Source: Clostridiaceae bacterium
GTDB taxonomy: Bacteria; Bacillota; Clostridia; Clostridiales; Clostridiaceae
Length of the DNA: 64,000 nucleotides
Assembly (NCBI GenBank): GCA_036677675.1
Contig: JAVBWC010000042.1
Location: 354-64,353, forward strand
Direction: 5' to 3'
Made by a program: the position numbers and the translations under genes. This document shows, piece by piece, positions 1 to 9,614 of this stretch; position 1 is the stretch's first letter, and each line of letters opens with the position of its first letter. A model generated the notes under the pieces. That model was not told the DNA's origin, searched no databases, and saw nothing but the letters and a program-made list of their open reading frames with translations.

Positions 1-2
1 AG

Positions 3-54
3 GGAAATTGCATAATTACAAAAGAACTATATTTTTTTGAATTATGCAATTTCC
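3..54. terminator. 15-bp inverted repeat, probable intrinsic terminator
   Basis: ggaaattgcataatt (3-17) / aattatgcaatttcc (40-54), downstream of the minus-strand pilin gene. Confidence 0.5.
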
Positions 55-115
55 TCATTTATTATTTTTACTAATGCCGCCCTTAAATTTTATTATTTTC
101 TTTGATTTTAACTAG

Positions 116-232
116 TATAGTCATGAAACTTTAAAAGCAATTAAAAATTTTAAATTCACAGTTTTCTAAGTAAGCTGTTAATTTTTCATTATTAATTATC
201 TGAGCCTTTGTTATTCAAAGTTAATGACTATA
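116..232. repeat. MITE-like ~115-bp element with terminal inverted repeats, copy 1
   Basis: Ends tatagtcatgaaacttt / aaagttaatgactata; internal sequence closely matches 477-588. Confidence 0.75.
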
Positions 233-346
233 AAATGGAGTAAGAACTACCATTACTACAATTGCAGCTAATCCAAGTACTGCAACATATTCAGAGAAGC
301 CTAACCCGTCTTCATCATTCCATAATTTTTTTATTGTTTTATTCAT
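221..346 (-). CDS. Flp/Fap-type pilin, 41 aa, C-terminus cut by the repeat element
   Basis: Manual translation MNKTIKKLWNDEDGLGFSEYVAVLGLAAIVVMVVLTPFYSH*; DEDG|xxxxEY prepilin motif plus hydrophobic helix; GAGGGG RBS; below the ORF-track length cutoff. Confidence 0.7.
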   Translation of the reverse strand: MNKTIKKLWNDEDGLGFSEYVAVLGLAAIVVMVVLTPFYSH

Positions 347-476
347 ACCAATATCCCCTCAATATTTATTCTTTTTACTAACATAATGTGATAGTCCTTT
401 TATTTAATTGCTCAGCTTATTCCTCAGTTTTACTAACACCCTCCTTTAAAACTTATTATTTTATTTGATTTCAACT

Positions 477-588
477 ATAGCCATGAAACTTTAGAGGCAA
501 TTAAAAATTTAAAATTCACAGTTATCAAAGCTGTTAATTCTTCATTATTAATCATCTGAGCCTTTGTAAATTAAAGTTTCATGGCTAT
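477..588. repeat. MITE-like element, copy 2
   Basis: Perfect 17-bp terminal IR atagccatgaaacttta / taaagtttcatggctat; homologous to 116-232. Confidence 0.75.
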
Positions 589-672
589 CTCTTCCGAAAT
601 TATGAAATTTATTTTTGCTATAAAATTATATTATTCAGGTAACTTAAAATTGGTTACATGTTTTTTTAATTT

Positions 673-1953
673 TTAAATTAATTTTTTTACATCATACAAA
701 GAATTCAAAACCAGCCAATTTTGTGGGAAGTATTTTCCTATAGTCCAGTAGCTTACTCCTCCTAGCTTATATCTATTAGCTGTCTCTAATTTAGCTCTTA
801 TACTTCGTGCATCTTCAAACCATACAACATGCTGTTTTCTAGCATTATCATAGTAAGTAAAGAAAGGTGATTGTGCTTTCCAGTCATATTGTATAATAGC
901 TCCTTCTCTAAAAGCTAAATCTACAGCTTCTGTATTAGATAAGGCTTTTGCTGCTGTTCCTTTTACATAAGGTAATGTCCAATCGTATCCGTAATTAGGT
1001 ATACCCATGAAAATCTTTTCTCTAGGTATAGCAGTTACAGCATAGTTTAAAACTTTTACTACTTCATTTAATGGAGCTACTGCCATTGGTGGACCAAAGG
1101 TATAACCCCATTCATAGGTCATTATTATTACATGGTCTACTAAAGCTCCATGCACAGGGTAATCATGTCCTTGATACAATATCCCCGGCTGGTCTGCCGC
1201 AATCTTAGGTGCTAAAGCAGTTGTAACAGTATAACCCAAAGGCTTAAGCATATTTACTGTTTTCCTTAAAAAATTATTATAATCTTCTCGGTTCTCAGGA
1301 TATATATACTCAAAATCTATGTCCAATCCATCATAATTTTTAGCCTTAAGGGTTGCAATTACATTATTTAATAGGTTTTCTTGAGCAACATTATTAGTAA
1401 GAATCTCTTTAGCAATATCACTACTGAAGCCTTTTCCCTCTTCTATATTTGTGATTACCATTAAAGGAGCTACCTTAGCTTCTCTTGCAGCTTGAATTAA
1501 GGGAACATCGTCAATTCCCTTTAAGCTTCCATCCTTCAGTACCTGATAGCTAAATATACTTAGATAAGTTAAGTTTTGAAGAGTCTTTTTAAGAGTCTCC
1601 ATTTCAATTTGAGGAAATGCATAACCATTTACCTCTATAGTTCCATATTTTCTTGTTCTATCTGGAATAATTATAATCTGCCCTACCTTAAGCTTACTAG
1701 GGTCTGTTATCTGTGGATTGGCCGCTAATATAACTCTTGGAGGCATTCCATAGGTTCTAGCTATGGAGTAAATGGATTCTCCAGGAGCCACTGTATGCTT
1801 TCGTTCTCCTTCTAGTATTACAAGACTTTGTCCTATTACCAATTGTCTAGGGTCTTTTAGTTCATTATCCTTTGCTATCTTCTCTGCTGAAACTCCATAG
1901 GTACGTGATATAGAAAATAAGCTCTCTCCAGGTCTTACTACATGAATAATCAA
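673..1953 (-). CDS. Spore LysM-LysM-GH18 glycoside hydrolase (YaaH/SleL/YdhD family)
   Basis: Two N-terminal LysM repeats (HVVRPGESLFSIS, HTVAPGESIYSIA); GH18 catalytic motif DGLDIDFE. Confidence 0.9.
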   Translation of the reverse strand: MIIHVVRPGESLFSISRTYGVSAEKIAKDNELKDPRQLVIGQSLVILEGERKHTVAPGESIYSIARTYGMPPRVILAANPQITDPSKLKVGQIIIIPDRTRKYGTIEVNGYAFPQIEMETLKKTLQNLTYLSIFSYQVLKDGSLKGIDDVPLIQAAREAKVAPLMVITNIEEGKGFSSDIAKEILTNNVAQENLLNNVIATLKAKNYDGLDIDFEYIYPENREDYNNFLRKTVNMLKPLGYTVTTALAPKIAADQPGILYQGHDYPVHGALVDHVIIMTYEWGYTFGPPMAVAPLNEVVKVLNYAVTAIPREKIFMGIPNYGYDWTLPYVKGTAAKALSNTEAVDLAFREGAIIQYDWKAQSPFFTYYDNARKQHVVWFEDARSIRAKLETANRYKLGGVSYWTIGKYFPQNWLVLNSLYDVKKLI

Positions 1954-2196
1954 ATATTTCTCCTCCTTCTATTACTAATTCACTATATGCAAATTAATCT
2001 CTAGAAGATAATACAAATTTTAACCTATTGTTGTAATTTAAGAATTAATAGAGTGATTTTATTAAAATTTTTCCAAAGTAAAGTATGCTTAAAGCTGAAC
2101 TCTCAAGGCTGAATTCAACTTTGTAAAATTTATAAATATAATAATATATCTAAAGCTTACTACATATATTTCCTATATAGTAATGTTAAAGTTGAG

Positions 2197-3333
2197 GTGT
2201 TATTTATATTTATTGTAATAAAAAAGTCAAAATTAATCTCAGTTCTTTTAGCTATAATAGCATTAATCTCTGTGGTATCTTGGTATTATATTTCTTCTCC
2301 TACTGATGCTAAATTTACTGAAAATATACCAAACAAAGAGGAAGTTACTAATGAGATAAAGGATTTGTTTAAAATTAGAAACAAAGCTATTTTAATGAAA
2401 GATGTTGAAGCAATAGATTACATATATGATAAAAGTACTAAATATGGAGTATGGGCTTATGAACATGAAGTGAAAAAAATGAAATATTTATTTAATTGGT
2501 CTGAAAAGCAAGGGGTGAAATTTATAGATATTGTTCCTATGGTAGTTGTAAGAAGTATTAAGGGATACAATGACACTTATTCTGTAAATCTTATCTGCTC
2601 TACAGAATACAAGTACGTTTATGAAAATCAAGAGGATTATACCAAAATGAATATGTTTAGAATCGGAACTGCTCACTCTTTAAGAGTAACAAATAAGGAT
2701 GGAGTTTGGCGTATAACAAAAGAATGGTATACAGATCCCTTTGCAGACTCTTTAAATCTAGATAATATAAAGGCTGATGATATTAAAAAATATATTTTAT
2801 CTCAACCAGCTAGAGATTTTTCTAATCTAAATGAGAGAAGAGTTTCTGCTGTAGAATATGCTGATAAATACTGCGGAATAGCTGCTAATGAAGAATTTGG
2901 TTTTAAATACAATAAAAAGTATGGCGATTTTAATCCATTAGGTGGAGATTGTGCTAACTTTGCTTCTCAAATTTTGCATGAGGGAGGGAAATTTAAAAAG
3001 ACTTCTACCTGGAATTTTTATGGAGGCGGTGGCAGCAAAGCTTGGCTAAATGCCAATGCCTTCAAGGACTATATGTTAAACAGCGGTAGAGCCTCACTTA
3101 TAGCTAAGGGAAGCTATGATAAAGTATACAAAGCCTCCTATAAACTCCAGCCTGGAGACTTTGTTGCCTATGAAAAAGGTGGTAGAGTTGTTCACATTTC
3201 CACAGTAACCGGTGCAGATTCAAATGGATATTCTTTAGTAAACTGTCATAATACTGACAGGTATAAGGTTCCTTGGGATCTTGGATGGAGTGATAAGAAA
3301 ATAAGGTTTTGGTTGGTGAGAGTACACTATTGA
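2197..3333 (+). CDS. Putative amidase-domain protein (Amidase_6/YhbB-like), N-terminal membrane anchor
   Basis: GGDCANFASQ motif, HISTVT and NCHNTDR motifs, N-terminal hydrophobic segment; start codon uncertain. Confidence 0.8.
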   Translation: MLFIFIVIKKSKLISVLLAIIALISVVSWYYISSPTDAKFTENIPNKEEVTNEIKDLFKIRNKAILMKDVEAIDYIYDKSTKYGVWAYEHEVKKMKYLFNWSEKQGVKFIDIVPMVVVRSIKGYNDTYSVNLICSTEYKYVYENQEDYTKMNMFRIGTAHSLRVTNKDGVWRITKEWYTDPFADSLNLDNIKADDIKKYILSQPARDFSNLNERRVSAVEYADKYCGIAANEEFGFKYNKKYGDFNPLGGDCANFASQILHEGGKFKKTSTWNFYGGGGSKAWLNANAFKDYMLNSGRASLIAKGSYDKVYKASYKLQPGDFVAYEKGGRVVHISTVTGADSNGYSLVNCHNTDRYKVPWDLGWSDKKIRFWLVRVHY

Positions 3334-3362
3334 ATAAAATTGCTATGCAATTTTATTCAGGT

Positions 3363-3538
3363 GACAGATGACAGTTTACAGTTTACAGTGAAGGAAGTTT
3401 TTCTTACAGAAAAACTAACAATAAAAAACAAAAGCTAGTATAGCCTTCGCTATACTAGCTTTTTTGTACTTCATTTTAAATTTTGCGTTAGCAAAATATC
3501 CTTAACTGTAAACTGTCCACTGTAAACTGTAAACTATA
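3363..3538. repeat. Inverted ACAGTTT/AAACTGT heptamer arrays enclosing a bidirectional terminator (3430-3463)
   Basis: acagtttacagtttacagtg at left, aactgtaaactgtccactgtaaactgtaaacta at right; central aaaagctagtatag/ctatactagctttt hairpin between convergent genes. Confidence 0.8.
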
Positions 3539-3560
3539 AGAATGTTGCATAGCAACATTC

Positions 3561-4394
3561 TTACCAGCCTCCTGAAGATCCGCCGCCGCCGCTATCTCCG
3601 CCGCCGAAACCTCCAAAGCCGCCGAAACCGCCTCCGCTGTCGCCACCACCGAAGCCGCCGCCACCAAAGCCTCCGCCGCCTCTGCCGCCACGACCACCGC
3701 CAAAGAAGGAATTCCAAAATAATATTTTAAAAATAAACCTTATTACTCTTCCTCTATTAAAAATAATATCTAAAAATACTAAACCCATTAATATATAAAT
3801 AGGAATAGGATTTCCTTGTACATTTTTCTCTTCATCATAATTAAAATCTAACTTTTCATTTTTTTCTAAAGTTACTCCATACTCTTTAGCTATATTATCT
3901 GCAAAAACTGAATAGGCATTTTTTAGCCCTGCACCAAAGTTACCCTGCTTAAATTCAGGTACAGCAACTTCCTGCATAACTCTGCTTGTTAAAATATCAG
4001 GAACAGCACCTTCAAGTCCTCTACCTACCTCTATAGACCATTTCTTCTCCTGCATAGCCATTAAAATCAAAAGACCATTATCCTTACCCTTTTGTCCTAT
4101 TCCCCAATTTCTAAAAAGGTTAACTCCATAGTCTCTAATTTCAGTCCCTTCAAGAGAATTTATTATAACAATAGTAGACTGTGCTCCAGTTTTATTTTCC
4201 AGCTCTTTTCCTACAGATACTATATATTCTTTCGTATTACTGTCCAATATACCAGCATAGTCATTTACATATTTTAGGCTTGTTGGCTTTGGATATGTTA
4301 TTTCTGCTTTTGTATTTTGAAAGGGAATTAGCATAAACAGCAGAGTTAAAGCAACAATTAACAGTCCACTGCATTTGTTTCTTAGTTTTTTCAT
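3561..4394 (-). CDS. TPM-domain membrane protein with Gly-rich C-terminal tail
   Basis: YVNDYAGILD, WGIGQKGKDNGLLIL and IEVGRGLEGAVPD TPM motifs; signal peptide; TM; GGGGFGGG tail. Confidence 0.9.
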   Translation of the reverse strand: MKKLRNKCSGLLIVALTLLFMLIPFQNTKAEITYPKPTSLKYVNDYAGILDSNTKEYIVSVGKELENKTGAQSTIVIINSLEGTEIRDYGVNLFRNWGIGQKGKDNGLLILMAMQEKKWSIEVGRGLEGAVPDILTSRVMQEVAVPEFKQGNFGAGLKNAYSVFADNIAKEYGVTLEKNEKLDFNYDEEKNVQGNPIPIYILMGLVFLDIIFNRGRVIRFIFKILFWNSFFGGGRGGRGGGGFGGGGFGGGDSGGGFGGFGGFGGGDSGGGGSSGGW

Positions 4395-4431
4395 TTTTAA
4401 AGCCCCCCTTCTTTTTAGGTGCTAGTACCTT

Positions 4432-5001
4432 TTATTTACTAAAGTCTACCTTTGGCACATCTTTAGCTCCTTCTGAGGCTTTATAGTAATCTTTTTGTTC
4501 AAATCTAAAAATTCCTGCTATTATTGAATTAGGGAATTTTCTTATTGTAGTATTGTACGTATCTACAGTTTTGTTATAATCCTGTCTTGCTAAATTTATT
4601 CTATTTTCTGTTCCTTCTAAAGCTACTGTTAAGTCTTTAAAATTTGCACTAGATTTTAAATCTGGATAGTTCTCTACTACAACTAATAGTCTTGATAAAG
4701 CTGAAGAAAGTTCACTGTCTGCATTAGCTTTTTCACTAACAGTTTGCGCTCCTCCAAGCTTTGCTCTAGCATTTGCAATGTCAGTAAATATGTCTTTTTC
4801 TTGTGTTGCATAGCCTTTAACAGTACTCACAAGATTAGGAATTAAATCACTTCTTCTTTGCAATTGAGTGTCTATATTTGATTCTGACAATTTTACCTTT
4901 TGTTCCAAACTAACCATACTGTTATAGCTACCTATTACAGGCATTGTTATTAGCAGCAGCACTGCTATAACTATAAGTATTGTTTTAAGCGTTCTATTCA
5001 T
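4432..5001 (-). CDS. lemA: LemA family protein
   Basis: QLQRRSDLIPNLV, VENYPDLKS and ENRINLARQDYN motifs; ATG at 5001 follows GGAGGTG. Confidence 0.92.
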   Translation of the reverse strand: MNRTLKTILIVIAVLLLITMPVIGSYNSMVSLEQKVKLSESNIDTQLQRRSDLIPNLVSTVKGYATQEKDIFTDIANARAKLGGAQTVSEKANADSELSSALSRLLVVVENYPDLKSSANFKDLTVALEGTENRINLARQDYNKTVDTYNTTIRKFPNSIIAGIFRFEQKDYYKASEGAKDVPKVDFSK

Positions 5002-5127
5002 TCTCACACCTCCGTACTAAAATTACCTTCATAATAATAATATTATTTTCAGGCATACACAATTAATACCAAAACCTTAAAATTAGTTTAGCATAGAATA
5101 ATGCTACACCGCAACACCTTTAACCAA

Positions 5128-5480
5128 GTGTAGAGAGTGTAGCCGCTAGCGCTTAGTGTAGTCACTTCGTTGAGTTTAGTCGCTTCGCTAAGATTATAAA
5201 GAGAAGTAAAAAGAAGTAACATAATTAAAGAGACGTAAAAGCTTACTTTACATCTCTTTTACTTGTTTTTTCTTTTTTGCTTTATTTTTTAGCTCAGCGC
5301 CAGCGACTACTCTCAGCGAAGCGACTACTGTCTCTACACTCCCTAAACTTCTCTTTTTAAAAGCTTCTTTTTCTAAACTCAGCGAAGCGACTATACTCTC
5401 TAAATTCTCTACACTTCTCTTTTTAAAAGCTTCTTTTTCTAAACTCAGCGAAGCGACTATACTCTCTAAACTCTCTACAC
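5128..5480. repeat. Composite palindromic REP-like region: inverted agcgaagcgact arms and two 66-bp tandem units around a central terminator
   Basis: 66-bp units start at 5348 and 5414; inverted copies at 5128-5193; central hairpin 5227-5259. Confidence 0.8.
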
Positions 5481-5487
5481 TTCTTTT

Positions 5488-6396
5488 TTATAGGTAGAGT
5501 CTTGTTCCAATTCTCCTATCATACTCCGACCAGGTATTAGGTTCTGTAATCTTTTTAACTTGTGATATCTTATTTAGGGTAGCATCTACACTATCTGCAA
5601 AATTTACAATAAATGCCTCCTCCGTACTGGCAGCTTTTGGAGAACCATATTCTACTTTTCCATGATGCTGTACAATGCAGCCTTTCATTCTACTTTTAAA
5701 CGCCTCACTATAAATATCTCCTCCTGCCTGAAAAGCTTCTTCCAGCATAGTTACAGCTACCACTATATGTCCTTCCATATCACCTCTCATTGTCACCTGA
5801 AAAGGTCCCTCTGTATAATATTCTTCTATTTTTCCAATATCATGAAGCTTAGCTGCAAGAATGGCGATTTCCTTATATCTACAGTCATATCTATAAGCAA
5901 GAGTTTTAGCAAGATACATTACATTTAAAGTATGTTCTGCAAGACCACCAATATAATTATGATGCTGTCTGAGTCCTCCAATGCCTTTCTTAAACTTTTC
6001 CACAAAGTCTTTATTTCCGAAGAAATATTCATCTAAAGCTTTGCTTTCTTCACTTTTAAATTCTTCTTGAGAAATCTCTTTAATCTCTTTCATAATTTCA
6101 TCTATGTCAGCATCTATAGTTGGAAGGAAATCTTCTATTTCATATTCTTCTTCCTTTTCAAACTCATCAACAACTAACAATCTATCATTTACAGCAACTT
6201 TAATTCTAATAACATCTCCAACCTCTAGATTATGTTCAGTATTCTTAATTTCTGATTTTATATCTCCAGTGTTATCTCCTATAAAAGCAATAAGAACTTT
6301 TTCTTTTCTCTCTAATATTTTCATTATCATAAAGCTTGTTTCTATAATTTGTTTTTCTTCTAATCCCTTTAAATCCTTTATATATATTTTTTTCAT
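5488..6396 (-). CDS. yhaM: HD-domain 3'-5' exoribonuclease, YhaM/Cbf1 family
   Basis: N-terminal OB-like region, HHNYIGGLAEHTLNV, KLHDIGK and QHHGKVEYGSP motifs. Confidence 0.8.
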   Translation of the reverse strand: MKKIYIKDLKGLEEKQIIETSFMIMKILERKEKVLIAFIGDNTGDIKSEIKNTEHNLEVGDVIRIKVAVNDRLLVVDEFEKEEEYEIEDFLPTIDADIDEIMKEIKEISQEEFKSEESKALDEYFFGNKDFVEKFKKGIGGLRQHHNYIGGLAEHTLNVMYLAKTLAYRYDCRYKEIAILAAKLHDIGKIEEYYTEGPFQVTMRGDMEGHIVVAVTMLEEAFQAGGDIYSEAFKSRMKGCIVQHHGKVEYGSPKAASTEEAFIVNFADSVDATLNKISQVKKITEPNTWSEYDRRIGTRLYL

Positions 6397-6652
6397 ATAA
6401 ATACCTCTCTACATTGAATTTTATAAAATAACCTTCACAGCAAGTACACAATTATTTTTCACCAAACCTGATTTTTTATCCAGCCCAAATATAAACACTA
6501 AAAAAAGCAAAAAACTTAAAGATAGCTCCCTCCCATCTTTAAGTCTTTCACTTTTATTTTTTAATTTTAATTTTGCATTAGCAAAACATCCATTCCTAGT
6601 ACCGAGTTCCTTGTTCCTATCTTTTAACTGTTCACTGGTCACTGGCTACTGG

Positions 6653-7657
6653 TTACCGGTTTCTGGCTACTGGCAAAACAGCAAAAATACTGCCAAAAGC
6701 TATACAGGAATAGTAAGTTATTATTCTCCAAAGCAATACCGCTGGCATTATAGTTGAAGGATTAAAAAATAAGCCGAATAGCAGATAAAATCCTCCTTCT
6801 GATCCTCCTGATGCACCTGGAAGAGGAATAACAGACACAATCATGTTCAAAAAAGTTTCCGCAGCAATCATGTTCCAAAAGCTTGCTGAATTCATATTAA
6901 ATGCTCTATATATGAAATAAGGAATAACGAAATAAGAAGTCAATTGAACAAAAGTAAGAACTGTACATTTAATCAATATCTCCAAATTTTTACTCATCTC
7001 AACTGCATTTTCATGAAAGTTTGACAGTTCTTCTTCTAGCTTTGATAATCTCTTTTCTACATCCTTAACCAATCTAATCTTATTCAAAAATGCAAATATT
7101 ACTTTTAAGATAGACTTAGTCACTTTTTTATTTACAGAAGCCATTATCAAAAATAAAATTACCCCTGTATTTATTAAAAAACCTATAATTGATATGTAAA
7201 AAAAGTTAGGCAGATTTTCTTTGAAAAAAGTAAACTTTAAAATAATTGCTATAAGAGAATATAGTGTCAGTACTCCTTGATACACAATTAATTTCATAGT
7301 CAAAATAGAACTGGCAGAACCTGCCTTAATGCCTCTTTTCATCATGAAATACAATTGTGCTGGTTGTCCCCCAGAAGCAAAAGGAGTTATGGAATTAAAA
7401 AACTGCCCTACCATTGTTATTTTAAAAGAATCTATAAATTTCTGTCTGAAAGATATTGATTGTGTAAAAATATTTAATATACTACTTTCAATTGCCCAAT
7501 ACATAAACATAGAAAACACCGCTAATAAAATCCATATGTAATTTAAACTCTTTAATTGTTCTATCAAATACCCAATTCCATGGGAAAAAACAAAGAAATA
7601 CAAAAATATTGCAGCTGATAATACAATAATTATTATATTTAAAATTTTATTCTTCAT
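6653..7657 (-). CDS. Lysylphosphatidylglycerol-synthase TM / flippase-like membrane protein (UPF0104)
   Basis: FFNSITPFASGGQP, PLPGASGGSEG and LLWRIITYY motifs; multiple TM helices. Confidence 0.85.
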   Translation of the reverse strand: MKNKILNIIIIVLSAAIFLYFFVFSHGIGYLIEQLKSLNYIWILLAVFSMFMYWAIESSILNIFTQSISFRQKFIDSFKITMVGQFFNSITPFASGGQPAQLYFMMKRGIKAGSASSILTMKLIVYQGVLTLYSLIAIILKFTFFKENLPNFFYISIIGFLINTGVILFLIMASVNKKVTKSILKVIFAFLNKIRLVKDVEKRLSKLEEELSNFHENAVEMSKNLEILIKCTVLTFVQLTSYFVIPYFIYRAFNMNSASFWNMIAAETFLNMIVSVIPLPGASGGSEGGFYLLFGLFFNPSTIMPAVLLWRIITYYSCIAFGSIFAVLPVARNR

Positions 7658-7945
7658 TTAAATCTACTCCCAATGTTCTTCATCATTGTTAAATTAATAT
7701 TTTTTCTATGTCTCATAAAAATCTTTTAACTCTCAATTCTCCACTCTCAACTCTATAAATATATTATGCATACAAACAATAATAATTATATCATTCCATT
7801 CTTAATTATTTATTAACTCTACCTTAATTTTTTCCATGCCTAACAATCATAATAATCCATATCATAACAACTTAACTACCATTTCCTAGCACCTAGTACC
7901 TAATTCCTTCTTCCTTGTACCTTGCACCTAGCACCTAGTACCTTA

Positions 7946-8008
7946 TTCATTGTTCATTGTTCATTGTTCATTGTTCATTGTTCATTGTTCATTGTTCATT
8001 GTTCCTTG
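7946..8008. repeat. (TTCATTG)8 heptamer microsatellite plus one variant unit
   Basis: Counted directly: eight perfect units 7946-8001, then ttccttg. Confidence 0.95.
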
Positions 8009-8071
8009 TTCCTATCTTTTGACTGGCTACTGGTTTCTGGTTTCTGGTTACTGTTTTTTTCCTTTTTTATT

Positions 8072-8101
8072 GCATATAAATTTACAAATAATCAAATACT
8101 A
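8072..8101 (+). promoter_or_regulatory. SigG-like forespore promoter of the ger operon
   Basis: GCATA-N18-AATACTA upstream of gerA; matches the established SigG consensus. Confidence 0.55.
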
Positions 8102-8117
8102 AGCATAGGGTGATAAA

Positions 8118-9614
8118 ATGATTAACAACAATAATCTAGAAGAAAAAATTACTTCTTTTACTAATGAAATTGGAAGCAAAAATCCTGTAATTATTAAAAG
8201 ATTTTTTATAGGAAAAAAAGAGCCCTTAGCTGCTTGTACTATATATATGGAAGCTTTGTCTGAAAGAGATATTATAAATAGAGATATCTTAACACCTTTA
8301 ATGTTTAAAGTTGACGAAGAAATAATTCCAGGAGAAGATACTTGTGAATACCTATGTAGAAAATATATTCCTTTATCTAATACTATAACTGAAAGTAATG
8401 TTAGTAATGCTTTAGAAGCTATTAAAATTGGGCAAACCATTATTCTAATAGAGGGCCTTGATAACTTTATAATTGCAGATACCAAAGGTGGAGAGCAGCG
8501 TAGTATTTCTGACCCAATTAATGAATCAGCTATTAAAGGATCAAGAGATAGCTTTGTTGAAAATATTAAAATTAATATAAGTACACTTAGAAGAAAAATA
8601 AAGGATAAAAATTTATCTATTGAAAATTATACCATTGGAAGACGTTCTCAAACCGCTTTAGCCCTTGTATATATTGATGATATTATGGATAAAACTGTTT
8701 TAGATGAGGTTCGTAGAAGAATTCAAGCTATAGATATAGACTCTATTGAAGATTCAGGTATGCTTGAGCAATATATAGAAGACCATCCCTATTCTCCTTT
8801 TCCACAGATTTTTGGAACAGAAAGACCAGACGTTGTAGCAGGAACTTTAATGGAAGGCAGAGTAGCTATTATTTTAAATGGAAGTCCTTATGTTCTTACG
8901 GCTCCTACTTTATTTGTAGAATTTTTTCAAGTTATTGAAGATTATTCACAAAGGACTTTAACAACTTCCTTTTCAAGACTTCTTAGAGCCTTATCAATTT
9001 TTATTATAATAACTTTGTCTCCAACATACTTAACTCTTGAAATGTATAACGCTAATCTAATACCTGTAAAATTTATAACACCTATTATTCAAGCAAGAAA
9101 AGGTATAGCCTTAACACCATTTCTTGAAATACTGACTATGGAAATAGTAGTGGAGTTTTTAAGAGAAGGCGGGGTCAGGTTACCTCCAAGAATAGCTACA
9201 ACCTTAAGTATAGTAGGTGGTATTATTATAGGAAACACAGCTATAGACTCCAAGTTTGTAAGTCCTACAACCCTACTTATAATTGGAGTATCTGTTGTTT
9301 CTACCTTTTTAATACCAAGTTACGAAATGTCTCTAGGTATCAGATTCTTGAGATTTCCAATGCTTATTCTTGCTGATACCATGGGATTTTTAGGTATTAC
9401 GGCAGGTTGGTTTTTTATAATAGTGCATCTTACCAGCATGAAAAGTTTTGGGGTATCTTATTTTTCAATAAAGAGCAGTGACCTGAAAGATATATTTGTA
9501 AGGGCACCTTTATGGCTTATGGATAAAAATCCTCAAGAAATCCCTAATACAAATTCTATAACTCAAACAAATTTTAGAGAAAAGTTATGGGGGAAAAATA
9601 AGAAAAATGAATAG
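8118..9614 (+). CDS. Spore germination receptor A subunit (GerA/GerKA family)
   Basis: GSRDSFVE, PYSPFPQ, TERPD and REGGVRLP motifs. Confidence 0.92.
   Translation: MINNNNLEEKITSFTNEIGSKNPVIIKRFFIGKKEPLAACTIYMEALSERDIINRDILTPLMFKVDEEIIPGEDTCEYLCRKYIPLSNTITESNVSNALEAIKIGQTIILIEGLDNFIIADTKGGEQRSISDPINESAIKGSRDSFVENIKINISTLRRKIKDKNLSIENYTIGRRSQTALALVYIDDIMDKTVLDEVRRRIQAIDIDSIEDSGMLEQYIEDHPYSPFPQIFGTERPDVVAGTLMEGRVAIILNGSPYVLTAPTLFVEFFQVIEDYSQRTLTTSFSRLLRALSIFIIITLSPTYLTLEMYNANLIPVKFITPIIQARKGIALTPFLEILTMEIVVEFLREGGVRLPPRIATTLSIVGGIIIGNTAIDSKFVSPTTLLIIGVSVVSTFLIPSYEMSLGIRFLRFPMLILADTMGFLGITAGWFFIIVHLTSMKSFGVSYFSIKSSDLKDIFVRAPLWLMDKNPQEIPNTNSITQTNFREKLWGKNKKNE

Noticed and set aside
360-455. RBS followed by a KGLS-like stretch resembling a second prepilin
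   Set aside because: In-frame stops, no start codon and no hydrophobic helix; too little signal
3488-3730. ORFs 3488-3703 (-) and 3542-3730 (+)
   Set aside because: Alternate-frame shadows of the GC-rich Gly tail of the TPM gene
5348-5480. Possible CRISPR array
   Set aside because: Units are identical 66-bp tandem copies without unique spacers, and no cas genes are present
6421-6642. 73-aa ORF
   Set aside because: Runs through heptamer repeats and a terminator-like region, with no RBS or recognisable domain
7922-8113. 63-aa ORF with FIVHCSL repeats
   Set aside because: Translation artefact of the (TTCATTG)n microsatellite
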